In this document: piece by piece, positions 37,718 to 47,200 of the stretch
Layout: the number at the start of each line of letters is the position of its first letter
Numbering within the stretch: position 1 is the first letter of the stretch
IMG/VR virus record: IMGVR_UViG_3300020186_000013
Coordinates: 1 to 64,000 of that record
Strand: one strand, 5' to 3'
Length of the DNA: 64,000 nucleotides
Made by a program: the position numbers and the translations under genes
Notes under the pieces: model-generated
What the model saw: only the letters and a program-made list of their open reading frames with translations
Databases searched by the model: none
Told to the model about the DNA's origin: nothing

Positions 37718-37945
37718 TTAGTCGTGTCGGTCTTCAAACGCTCTCGCACCGTTCTCGTCGCTGGGGCTCGGGTCGAACCTATCGGGCTGATTCCAGGAGT
37801 CATCGACGTACCGCATGGGCTTCTTATTCGGAACGTGCACGGGGATTCGGCACTGCGGGCACGTCTCGAACGCACTGTCCGCAGAGAACAGGCGGTCGCA
37901 CTTACCGCTGTTGCACTTCTTCATTCCAGGCGGAAGCGGGTCCAT
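37718..37945 (-). CDS. small zinc-ribbon protein
   Basis: C...C...CPQC. Confidence 0.5.
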   Translation of the reverse strand: MDPLPPGMKKCNSGKCDRLFSADSAFETCPQCRIPVHVPNKKPMRYVDDSWNQPDRFDPSPSDENGARAFEDRHD

Positions 37946-37948
37946 GGT

Positions 37949-38290
37949 TCACTTCCTCCGTTTCTTGGGTTCCGTGACCCACCCGACGGGCGGGCTCAGA
38001 CCGAGTTCTCGCAAGGCCGCATTGATCTCGACGAGGGTCTTCTCGCCGAAGTTGGTCATCCCCATGAGGGCCTCGACGGACTGCTCGACGAGGTTGCCCA
38101 CGAGGATGACCCCGTGGTTCTCCAGCGTGTTGACAATCCGCACAGGGATGTTGAGTTCTGCGATGGGCGTCCGCAAGAGTTGGTTGACCCTGTAGACGTC
38201 CCGCTGCTGTTGCGTCCATCCCGCCATGACCTCGTCAGATGGTCCCTTCTCGCGACCTGGGGTGCGGCGGCGTCTGTTCGGCGGGGGCAT
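37949..38290 (-). CDS. stand-alone RNA polymerase alpha C-terminal domain protein
   Basis: LRTPIAELNIPVRIVNTLENHGV..VGNLV...L.GMTNFGEKTL.EI..AL.ELGL. Confidence 0.85.
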   Translation of the reverse strand: MPPPNRRRRTPGREKGPSDEVMAGWTQQQRDVYRVNQLLRTPIAELNIPVRIVNTLENHGVILVGNLVEQSVEALMGMTNFGEKTLVEINAALRELGLSPPVGWVTEPKKRRK

Positions 38291-38796
38291 TACTTGTCCT
38301 CGGCCTGTTCGTCGCCCTCGCCCACCTTGTAGAGGGGTGGAATGTCGGGGTGCGGGGTCGTGTGGATGACGATAGCGAACGGCCGACCGTTCTTCCTGAA
38401 GCCGGAGATGCGGACATGCGGTATCCTGACATCGTCCTCCTCCCGATAGGATGACAGGTCCACCGAAACATAGATGTCGTAGTAGTTCTTCGATTGGAGC
38501 CAGCTCACGAAGCCGCTCAGGCAGAACTCGAACCCCTTGTAGATCAACTCCCCGTCGCGGTGCCCGCCGACCCGCTCACCAGCGGCCTCGCAGAACTGGA
38601 TGGCCCACGCACTCATCGGGTCGGCCGGGTCGGTGTCCTTCCGCAACGCGGCCGAGTACGCGAGCACCGTGTTCTCGGGCACGGTCACGAACTTGAGGAA
38701 CGTCTTGGCGAGCCGTGTTAGCCACTTCCGTGTCTTCGCGTCGCAGTTGGATGGGAACGGGTTGCCGTTGCCGTCGTTGAACTCTGTCTCGTCCAC
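38290..38796 (-). CDS. hypothetical protein
   Basis: Tiling ORF. Confidence 0.6.
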   Translation of the reverse strand: MDETEFNDGNGNPFPSNCDAKTRKWLTRLAKTFLKFVTVPENTVLAYSAALRKDTDPADPMSAWAIQFCEAAGERVGGHRDGELIYKGFEFCLSGFVSWLQSKNYYDIYVSVDLSSYREEDDVRIPHVRISGFRKNGRPFAIVIHTTPHPDIPPLYKVGEGDEQAEDK

Positions 38797-38798
38797 GG

Positions 38799-39128
38799 TT
38801 AGTTCCTACTGTGGTCTCGGAGTTCCGAGATGGTGGAGACCTGTGCCGCTCTGAGTTCGCCTTGGCTGTAGCCCAGCCAGCGATGGGCCTTACCAATGTC
38901 CTGCCCCGGACCCTCCGGGATGAAGGCGTCCAGGCAGCGGCGGCACATCCACGCGAGGTGTGCCGCCAAGCTCCCGACGTCGATGTAGTTGTACCCGTAC
39001 TCGGTCTCGTCCAACTGCTTGGCGGTAACCGGGAACTCTTTGATGAACCGCCCGCAGAACGGTTGGTCGAGCGACGTGAGTGCGTCGTAATAGAACCGCA
39101 ATGTCGACTTCAACTTCTCGTTCGTCAT
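38799..39128 (-). CDS. hypothetical protein
   Basis: ATGA-coupled to dcd stop; GKAHRWLGYSQG. Confidence 0.6.
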   Translation of the reverse strand: MTNEKLKSTLRFYYDALTSLDQPFCGRFIKEFPVTAKQLDETEYGYNYIDVGSLAAHLAWMCRRCLDAFIPEGPGQDIGKAHRWLGYSQGELRAAQVSTISELRDHSRN

Positions 39129-39775
39129 GCCGCGTCCTTTTTTATGAACTCCTTCCAGAAGCCGGAAGGTTTGGGGCCACGCTGCCCGCTGTACTTGCCA
39201 ACGTACGGGCGGCGGGCACCTTCGAGTGTGGAGTAAGCAATCTGACACACAGGGACGTTAGCGTACACCCGCAGCGGGTGCACAACGGTGATCTCCAGCG
39301 TCCACGTCCCGCAGAACCCGTCGTCGCCGAAGCCCGCCGTGATGTGGATGCACATACCCAGGCGACCCACCGACGAGCGGCCCTCGATACACGGCACGAA
39401 GCCGTGCGTCTCGGTGTACTCGTTGGTCGCCGCCAGGTAGAGCGTGCCGGGGAACAGCATGGCCCCGTGCTCGGGGATGATGAGCTGCTGGGTCGGGTTG
39501 TCCTTCTTCATGTCGAGAGCCACGCTCTCCCAGTACCACACGCCCTCTGCTCGGCTGTCGAACGCGGGCGGCGTCGACGCACTCTGCGTCCAGTCGTTCT
39601 GGAAGAGCAGCAGTTGATCGTCGCGGGTGACCAACGGGGCCTTGTACGCCAGCAGCTGCGGCGACATGGTGAGGTTATAGCTGTTCGGGTTCAGCCTCGC
39701 CTCATCGAACGGGTCGATGACGATGTTGCCCTTCTCTATCTGCCTGACGATCTCCGGCCCGCTGAGCAGTCCCAT
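39125..39775 (-). CDS. dcd: dCTP deaminase
   Basis: IDPF....LNPNSYNL, EGRSSVGRLG, TAGFGDDGFCG.WTLEI, Y.GKY.GQ. Confidence 0.9.
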   Translation of the reverse strand: MGLLSGPEIVRQIEKGNIVIDPFDEARLNPNSYNLTMSPQLLAYKAPLVTRDDQLLLFQNDWTQSASTPPAFDSRAEGVWYWESVALDMKKDNPTQQLIIPEHGAMLFPGTLYLAATNEYTETHGFVPCIEGRSSVGRLGMCIHITAGFGDDGFCGTWTLEITVVHPLRVYANVPVCQIAYSTLEGARRPYVGKYSGQRGPKPSGFWKEFIKKDAA

Positions 39776-39965
39776 AGGTATCCTCCAAGACGTTCATCAG
39801 CCCGGTGGGGAAGACTTCCAAGACCTCCCCCGAGCTGAGTTTGGGAGGGTCCCTGTCGATCCAGTAGACGCCATTGTAGATAAACACGAACCGAGGTTTA
39901 CCGTCGGTTCGTGCGTTGGCCAGAGCCTGGTTCAGGGCCTTCTTTTTGTCGTTGCCTGCGTTCAT
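39702..39965 (-). CDS. hypothetical protein
   Basis: Coupled ORF. Confidence 0.45.
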   Translation of the reverse strand: MNAGNDKKKALNQALANARTDGKPRFVFIYNGVYWIDRDPPKLSSGEVLEVFPTGLMNVLEDTYGTAQRAGDRQADREGQHRHRPVR

Positions 39966-40717
39966 CGGTCACGCTTCCGTTCGGATGGGGCTTTGTGGTA
40001 GTCGGCGACACGCCCAACATACTTGCAGGTGTGCGTCTTCAAGTCGACGCCACAGTACGGGCAGAGGCCCTTCCGCAGGTCCTCGTTGCGACGGTCGATC
40101 TCGGTCTTCATGGCGACGGTCGAGACGTCGTCGAGATCTTTATGGTAGCCCACGGTGGTCTCCTTGAATTCTTCCTCGACGTCGAGGATCTCGATCTTTT
40201 CGGGCACGATGAACTCGGCCTCGGCCCTTGCGGGGGCGATCACGGCGTTCTCGGCCAAAGGCGAGCGAGTTGGTTCGATCTGAGACGAGGAGATCTCCTT
40301 GGTCTCCCAGTCGAGGTACAGCTCCATCTCGCCTTCCTGAAGCTCCTTGTTGACGTACTCTATAGCCGCCGGGCCGTTGGCTGCCTGGATGTCCACTTCA
40401 GCGGTGTCGAGGTAGCTGTTGGTTCGCTTCTCCTCCCTCGACACGTGTACGCGGTACACGGGCATAGCTACTCCATGATGGTGACGTTCTTCATCTGGTA
40501 CACGGCGATCCACTCCAGGCAGCAGGCACTGCATAGACTCCCTGTTTCGCAGGGACTGCAAGATCATGTCGGCGATCTCTTCCACCGTCACCTCGGCGGC
40601 GATGGTATCGTAGTCCTCGTCCTCGGTGCCGAGGACGTGCCACAGGTCCTTCATCCGGACCTTCTTGTACGGGCCGTGCATCCGGAACGGCTCGCTCAGC
40701 TTGTGCGGCTTGCTCAT
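39962..40717 (-). CDS. hypothetical protein (internal RBS+ATG at MPVYRV suggests possibly two units)
   Basis: Tiling ORF; C-terminal CPYC. Confidence 0.5.
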   Translation of the reverse strand: MSKPHKLSEPFRMHGPYKKVRMKDLWHVLGTEDEDYDTIAAEVTVEEIADMILQSLRNRESMQCLLPGVDRRVPDEERHHHGVAMPVYRVHVSREEKRTNSYLDTAEVDIQAANGPAAIEYVNKELQEGEMELYLDWETKEISSSQIEPTRSPLAENAVIAPARAEAEFIVPEKIEILDVEEEFKETTVGYHKDLDDVSTVAMKTEIDRRNEDLRKGLCPYCGVDLKTHTCKYVGRVADYHKAPSERKRDR

Positions 40718-40917
40718 TAGAGTGCCTCGTAGGGGTAGTCCTTATCGTCGTTCTTCGTGACCTCGTCCTCGTTGTCTTTGTCGAGATCGTCCCAGTCCCG
40801 CACCTCGACCTCGACGTTCGGCTTGTTCGACAGGACCGTTTGGACGACGCCGCCCTCGACGACGACCAGGATTTTGATCGGCTTCGGTGCCGGTGTCGGT
40901 GCTACTTCGTCAGCCAT
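40717..40917 (-). CDS. small hypothetical protein
   Basis: ILVVVEGGVVQ.V.....VEV.DWD phage-type motif. Confidence 0.6.
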   Translation of the reverse strand: MADEVAPTPAPKPIKILVVVEGGVVQTVLSNKPNVEVEVRDWDDLDKDNEDEVTKNDDKDYPYEAL

Positions 40918-41600
40918 GCTCGGTACTCCTTGGGGGTCTTGAACCCTAGGTTGTGGGCGATCTGCCAACGCAGGCGATCCTGCGTCACTTCAGGGGCCGT
41001 GTAGTCGATCGTGTTGACGATGTCGTAACCCAGACGCTTCAGCTGGCAGGCCACGTCCTGGGCGATCTGGATGCGTTCCTCGTCGTTCGCGTAGGCGTAG
41101 TCGTCGATGCCCCACACGGAGGCTTCGGCGTCGAGGTACTCACACTTGACGCCCCAGTATTCCCAGCCGTCCCTGTACCACTTCACCAGTTGCTCGTACG
41201 TCCGGCGAAGGTTCTCGGCCTCCATCTGCCGGGCGACCTGCGTGGCGTACCCCCGGTGGTGGAAGTACGCGAAGTTGCCGCACGTCTTCTCCCACTTGTC
41301 CTTGTCGATCACGACCAGGTGGCGGCGTCTGTTGAACCAGACCGTGTGCCCCTGGTTGTACTGCGGCTCCTCGTCCTCGACGTTACGCAGCGTGTGCTCG
41401 TACCCGTCGCAGTCCTCCCATGGGGGCTCGCTGCGGTGCTCGTCGACTACGATCTCGCAAGCCTCCAGGATGTCGTTGAAGTCTATGATCGCGTCCGTGG
41501 TGGTCTGGACGAGCGTGGTGATGATCATCTTGTCGCCCTTCCTCTCACGCCGCACCTTCCGCTTGGTCTCTCTCCGGTACTCTTTCTTACGCTTGGCCAT
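40902..41600 (-). CDS. hypothetical protein
   Basis: GAGGAG RBS + ATG at 41600; W.YWGV...ASVWGI. Confidence 0.65.
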   Translation of the reverse strand: MAKRKKEYRRETKRKVRRERKGDKMIITTLVQTTTDAIIDFNDILEACEIVVDEHRSEPPWEDCDGYEHTLRNVEDEEPQYNQGHTVWFNRRRHLVVIDKDKWEKTCGNFAYFHHRGYATQVARQMEAENLRRTYEQLVKWYRDGWEYWGVKCEYLDAEASVWGIDDYAYANDEERIQIAQDVACQLKRLGYDIVNTIDYTAPEVTQDRLRWQIAHNLGFKTPKEYRAWLTK

Positions 41601-41679
41601 GACTCCTCTAGTGTGAACGCGAAGGCCACCCAGATCTGGGTGGCCTTCGCGTATTGAGTAGGGCGGTCCGTCAAGCACG

Positions 41680-42216
41680 TCACGGGACGAGCTTAGCGGC
41701 CTCAACAGCTTCGCGACGACGACGACTAAGGTCCGGTCGGGTAAACCGGAACCAGTAGGCATCCGAGCCGTCCTCGTAGAAACCACGGTCGGTCTCCACG
41801 CAGCTGAACCCCAGGATCTTCCTGGTGAAGAACAATTGAGCCGCCAGGTTGTGTTCACGCACGCGGGCGGTGTACACACGACGACGGTTCGGGCTCTGAG
41901 GTCCTACCAGAGTCCGTACAACGTGGCTTCCAATGCCCTGCCGTTGGAATTCCGGTAGAATAGCAATGCGGGCGATCCTGACCTCATCGGCACTCATCCG
42001 GTAAAGGAAGGAGCCGATGATCTCTTCATCCATGAACACGGCTTTGACGATCTGCCCGGACTTGTTGGCGAACTCTCGGAAGTCCGCCTTAGTCCATCCT
42101 TCCGTGGGGAAGCAAATTCGGTGCACGTGCTCAAGGGCGGCGAGTGCACGGCGGTCATACCACCGCACGTCGACGAACCCTTTCTTAGTCAGCACGGTCT
42201 GCCTCCTTTGTGTCAA
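41680..42216 (-). CDS. GNAT (RimI-like) acetyltransferase
   Basis: RIAILPEFQRQGIGS, VREHNLAAQLFF, GF, FYEDGSDAY. Confidence 0.85.
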   Translation of the reverse strand: MTQRRQTVLTKKGFVDVRWYDRRALAALEHVHRICFPTEGWTKADFREFANKSGQIVKAVFMDEEIIGSFLYRMSADEVRIARIAILPEFQRQGIGSHVVRTLVGPQSPNRRRVYTARVREHNLAAQLFFTRKILGFSCVETDRGFYEDGSDAYWFRFTRPDLSRRRREAVEAAKLVP

Positions 42217-42857
42217 CCGTCGGGGTTGACATCATAGACGGTGCCCGCTTCGGATCGGTTCGCGGGCACACGCTCTTGGAGATTATACTTCCGAAATTCA
42301 CGCCTGGCGAGCTTCGAGAGTTCATCGGCGTATGAATTGAGAGCAACTTCATCCCTTCTTAACCAGTGCCAGTTCAGGATCAGCCCCCGTCTTGCGAGGC
42401 TGTCGAACCTCTCCCACAGAGTCCCATTCTTCTCGACGAGGGGGTTGTTCACCTCCCCCGTCCCTTGCACGTACTGACTGTCCGTCACCACGTGGATCTG
42501 GAGGGCACGTCGGCGGTTCTTGCCCGCCTTGACCCTCTCCTGCTCGCGGTTGGCCAGCCACTCCAGGGGGAGCAGGTAAGCCATTACCTCGGCGACGTTT
42601 ACCGATCCCCGGTTGGCGAACCCCCACCACACCAGCCGCTCACCCGTCTGCCGCTCGACGCTGACCGATCCCCAGCCGCACTCCCGGTTCCAGTTGGAGC
42701 CCGAGCCGTCGCCGAAGATCAGCCAGTCCCAGTCGGTGATACCCATCCGGGCGACGAAGTCATCCAGGGTTTCGTTGGACGTCGGGGGCGTCGTCCCTTT
42801 TGCCTTGGATGGCGGCTTCGAGTCGCTGAAGCTCGGTAGTTTTTTCTTGGATGTCAT
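42213..42857 (-). CDS. ribonuclease HI
   Basis: IFGDGSGS, NVAEVMA, VVTDSQYV, WHW, NSYADELSK. Confidence 0.85.
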   Translation of the reverse strand: MTSKKKLPSFSDSKPPSKAKGTTPPTSNETLDDFVARMGITDWDWLIFGDGSGSNWNRECGWGSVSVERQTGERLVWWGFANRGSVNVAEVMAYLLPLEWLANREQERVKAGKNRRRALQIHVVTDSQYVQGTGEVNNPLVEKNGTLWERFDSLARRGLILNWHWLRRDEVALNSYADELSKLARREFRKYNLQERVPANRSEAGTVYDVNPDG

Positions 42858-43197
42858 TGTGAAGCCTTACGCTTTCTATGGTCATGACCTCGACACTCTC
42901 TCGCAGGTGGGCACCGTAGTCAATGGCCCGTGCGAACTGCTCCTGCAACAGACGCAGGGTCTGGAACATGGAGCCGAAGATGGCATCGGCGGACGACACC
43001 GGACCCTTGTCCGACATCCAGACGCCCTTCTGCACCTGGGCGTCGTTTAACGCCCCGTAGTAGTCAAACGTGACGCCAATGCTCCGCAGCATCGGGAACT
43101 GTTGGAACAACGCCAGGGCCAGTTCCTTCTGGGCGTTACACAGGTGCTCATCGAACTGCACCTTCTCGGTCTCCGGCTGCTCGGGAACATCGCTCAC
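42760..43197 (-). CDS. hypothetical protein
   Basis: Tiling ORF; coiled-coil C-terminus. Confidence 0.6.
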   Translation of the reverse strand: MSDVPEQPETEKVQFDEHLCNAQKELALALFQQFPMLRSIGVTFDYYGALNDAQVQKGVWMSDKGPVSSADAIFGSMFQTLRLLQEQFARAIDYGAHLRESVEVMTIESVRLHNDIQEKTTELQRLEAAIQGKRDDAPDVQRNPG

Positions 43198-43208
43198 GGG
43201 TTGCCCTC

Positions 43209-43224
43209 TAAATTCCAGTTTCTA
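43209..43224. promoter_or_regulatory. palindromic site (reverse complement TAGAAACTGGAATTTA)
   Basis: Gene junction; one mismatch to the 1349/55980 copies. Confidence 0.6.
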
Positions 43225-43566
43225 AGTTTCCACGTCCGGAAGGGTATTCGCTTTGGGCGTCCGGCACCAGTCGTGTCCGGCGTCGTTCATGGCGTTAGCC
43301 AGGCGGCTAACCGCCAGGGCGACGACGAACAGCCAGAACCCGGACCCGGCGTAATAGAACAGGGTTAGGGCGAACCCCGCCCACACCGATGTGCACCAGG
43401 GGCAGCCCAGCATGTCGCCGAGCCACCCCCCGAGCCTCCCGGACCACACCTGGGTGCGTGCCCGCCATCCGGCCGTCAGGATGCTGTGGTGCCAGACCTC
43501 GACGGTCTGCCACACGGCGAGCCCGATGACGACAATTGCCGCCAGTGTGTCACTTCCGCTTTCCAC
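43222..43566 (-). CDS. DUF1360-like membrane protein
   Basis: Hydrophobic helices with LGCPWCTSVWAG. Confidence 0.6.
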   Translation of the reverse strand: MESGSDTLAAIVVIGLAVWQTVEVWHHSILTAGWRARTQVWSGRLGGWLGDMLGCPWCTSVWAGFALTLFYYAGSGFWLFVVALAVSRLANAMNDAGHDWCRTPKANTLPDVET

Positions 43567-43756
43567 GTCGCTTGTCCTTTGCCATCGGCTCGCTGTAGAC
43601 TGCCTTCGCGGCCAGCATGCCCATGCCGATCGCGAGGCCGATCGGCAAGAAGTGAACGAACGCCCCGGTGAGGAGCGTCCAGCCGACCGCAACCACTACC
43701 GCACCGCCGCCGATCATGGTGACCACGGCCAGCGGACCTTTATCGTGAGGCATCAA
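43550..43756 (-). CDS. small membrane protein
   Basis: Two hydrophobic segments, basic tail. Confidence 0.55.
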   Translation of the reverse strand: MMPHDKGPLAVVTMIGGGAVVVAVGWTLLTGAFVHFLPIGLAIGMGMLAAKAVYSEPMAKDKRRGKRK

Positions 43757-43765
43757 AACTCCAGG

Positions 43766-43978
43766 TCACTGGTCGGCCCACGGGTGGGTGATGCCTCGAT
43801 CTGGCGGTGGCTCTCCCTCGTACTTGATCAAGATCTCCTGTAGAGGCCCAGGCGGGCTCGCCAAGGGGATCTTATGAATGAGGAGGTCACCTACCGCCAA
43901 CCGCGAGTTCGGCGGAATGGTGGCCCGCAGGAGGCCGACCCGTTCAAGGAACTCGCGGGGGGATCGAGACACGGCCAT
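43766..43978 (-). CDS. hypothetical protein
   Basis: GGAGG RBS. Confidence 0.5.
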   Translation of the reverse strand: MAVSRSPREFLERVGLLRATIPPNSRLAVGDLLIHKIPLASPPGPLQEILIKYEGEPPPDRGITHPWADQ

Positions 43979-44012
43979 CCGTAGTCCTCCAGCTTGTAAG
44001 GAAAGTTGGGTA

Positions 44013-44204
44013 CTAGTTCTTTTTCTTCTTGGCGTCTTCTGTCGACGTCGAGTATTTTAACAGCTTCCAGGCGATCGCAGCAATGCCGCTGACGAACGCC
44101 CACGTGGCCCCGACAAGGACGAGCATGGCGTTGACCGCCCAGTCGATGGACGAGTCGGTACTGGGGTCCTTGTAGAGATCGAATTTCTTCTTACGACGAG
44201 ACAC
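44013..44204 (-). CDS. small membrane protein
   Basis: One hydrophobic segment flanked by Lys runs. Confidence 0.45.
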   Translation of the reverse strand: MSRRKKKFDLYKDPSTDSSIDWAVNAMLVLVGATWAFVSGIAAIAWKLLKYSTSTEDAKKKKN

Positions 44205-44206
44205 GG

Positions 44207-47200
44207 ATGTCTACCTCCAAAAAGTTGACGATCGCGGAACAGCTGAAGATCAAGAAGAAGAAACAGCAGTCGGCGTTCCTCCAGACGGCGTCCCTCTCCA
44301 AGAAGGAGATGGGCCTGACGGGCTTCGAGGACGAGTGGACCAAGCGACTGATCATTGCCCAGCACTACCTGAAGAAGAGTAACGTCGCCAGCCTGCGGCC
44401 CATCTTGCCCGCCCTCCTCCAGCTCAAGGGCAAGCCGTACCACCTCAACGATCACTTCCCGTTCGAGCCCTTCTTCCGCACCCGCATGCCCTACATGACC
44501 CTCCTCAAGACGGGCCGGCAGGTGTCGAAGTCGACGAGTCTCTCGTCCCAGGGCATCATCTTTAGCAACGCCATCCCGTACTTCTCGACGCTGTACGTCA
44601 CACCGCTGTACGAGATGATCCGGCGGTTCAGCCACAACTACGTCCGGCAGTTCATCGAGACGTCGCCCGTGAAGCGACTGTTCATGAACTCCAAGACGAT
44701 CAACTCCGTCCTCCAGCGGTCGTTCCGCAACGGTTCGACCATGTACTTCAGCTTCGCGTACCTCGACGCCGAGCGTACCCGAGGTATCCCCGCCGACAAA
44801 GTTGTCATTGACGAGAGCGTAAGACTCGGTACAATGATCAGTACCCACACCGGCTCACGCCCGATCGAGACGTTCTCGCCCGGCGACGCGGTCCTGGGGT
44901 TCGACGAGGCTGGTCATGTCCGAAAAGATGAAGTCGTCAAGTGCTCCGACCACGGGGTCCGCGACTGCTACAGGTTCGAGTTCTCCGGCGGGTCGGCGGT
45001 CGAAGCTACTAGCGATTCTTGGCTCGCCACCACCGCCGGATGGAAACGGGTCGAAGCTGTCATCACTGACCTCAGCACAAGAGCAGATGATGCTGGGTTC
45101 GATGTTGGGCGACGGGTATCTGCGGAACACCGGCAAGCATTCGGCGTTCACGAGTCGTCACGGCTGGAAGCAGCACGCCTACAACTGCCGAAAGTTCCAG
45201 GTGTTATCCGAGTTCGTACGCACGCCTCCCAGGAAAGTGAAGAACTACGGCTACGGCGAGTGGTCGAGTCTGTGGCAGACTCGACAATCGGAGGCTTTGC
45301 AGGATATCGCTTCCTTGTGTCTCCGGGACGGCAAGAAGCGTGTGACGTCGGAGTGGCTCGACAGGATGACGTGGGAAGCGGTCGCGTGGTGGTACATGGA
45401 CGACGGCTCGCTCCAACTGCGGACGGCCGTGTTCAACACGCAGGGTTTCACGTCGGCGGAAGTGAAACTCCTGGCGAACTGGTTGACGGTTCGCGGGGTG
45501 GACGCGAAAGCCGCGAGAATCACGTCGCGGCACAACCCGACTGCGAGCTACTGGATCGTGCGACTGTCGGTCGACTCGACGCGTACGCTGGCGGCACTGA
45601 TCCGACCGTACGTGTTCCCGGAGATGACTTACAAACTGGACCTGCCTGCGAAGGCCGAGGCCCTGACCTGTCACTGGTGCTCGAAGGCGTTCGTTCCGGC
45701 TACGAACGGGCAACGGGTGTACGGCACGGGCGAGCAGAAACCGTGCTGCCGCTCGTCAACGTGCAAGGCCGAGCGGCACAAAGAACTCAACGAAACGCTG
45801 ATGGCGAAACCCGGCAAGCGGGGCGAGAAGAACGCCAAGCAGCGGGAGGGCTATGCGACGGACTTGGATACCCGTCGCAAGTACGAGCGGGAGAAGGCAG
45901 CACGCCTGTACGCGAAGAACCGGGAGAAGAGACTGGCGTACAAGAGGGCGTGGCGTGCCTCCAAGAAGTCGATCTCGTCCGGGTGACGTGGACGGGTAAG
46001 CACCGCGTTTTCGATCTCGAAACCAAAAACCACAACACGTTCCTGGCCGGCGGCGTCGCGGTACACAACTGCCAGGAGATGAACTACGACTTCTTGTCGA
46101 TCATCCACGAGACCTTGTCGGGCTCCCCGTTCGGCCTCAAGCAGTACGCGGGCACGCCCAAGTCGCTTGAGAACACGATCGAGAAGCTGTGGACCGACAG
46201 CAGCCAGGCCGAGTTCGCCATCAAGTGCCACCACGGTGGGTGCAACTACTGGAACGTCCCCGCCCTGTCCCACGACCTCGTGAAGATGATCGGGCCATGG
46301 CACTCGGGCATCTCCGAGCAGTGCCCCGGTATCGTCTGTGCCAAGTGTCGCAAGCCGATCGACCCTCGCCGCAACGGCCGGTGGATTCACGCCCAGCCCA
46401 ACGTGCGGTGGTCATTCGCCGGTTACCACATCCCGCAGATCATCATGCCGATGCACTACGCCACCCCCAAGAAGTGGGACATGCTGGTCGGCAAGATGCA
46501 GGGGCGGGGCAACACGCCCATGAACGTCTTCTTCAACGAGGTGTGCGGCGAGAGCTACGACGTGGGGTCGAAGCTGGTGACGGTCACGGAGCTTCAGGCG
46601 GCAGCCTGCCTGCCGTGGGAGAACAAGATCGAGCAGGCCGAGAAGCACCTGGACCAGTACCTGTACAAGATCCTGGCGGTCGACTGGGGTGGGGGTGGCG
46701 GCAAGCTGCGGAACTCGGCTGCCAAGCCCGGCAGCGAGCAGCGGGAGCGGACGAGCTACACCGTCCTGGTGGTCATGGGCATGCGGCCCGACGGGAAGAT
46801 CGACGTGATCTGGGGCCTCCGGTCGCTGCGGACGCACGCCCACGTCCACGAGGCCGAGCTGTGCATCGCCGCCATCCAGCGGTTCAAGTGCAGTCACTTC
46901 GTGCACGACTTCAATGGGGCGGGGGCGATCCGTGAGACCTTGGTGCGTCAGGCGGGCTTCCCGATGGGCAATATCATCCCGATCGCGTACCACGCCTCGG
47001 CCAAGAAAAACATCATGGTACACAAGCCGCCGACCGACGACCTGCCGCGTGACTGGTGGACGGTCGACAAGAGCCGATCGCTCCAGCTCACGTGTGAGTT
47101 GATCAAGTCCGGCCAGCTGCGGTTCTTCAAGGACGACTACCGCAGCTCCGACGACGCCGGGCTGATCCGTGACTTCCTGGCACTCATTGAGGAGAAGACG

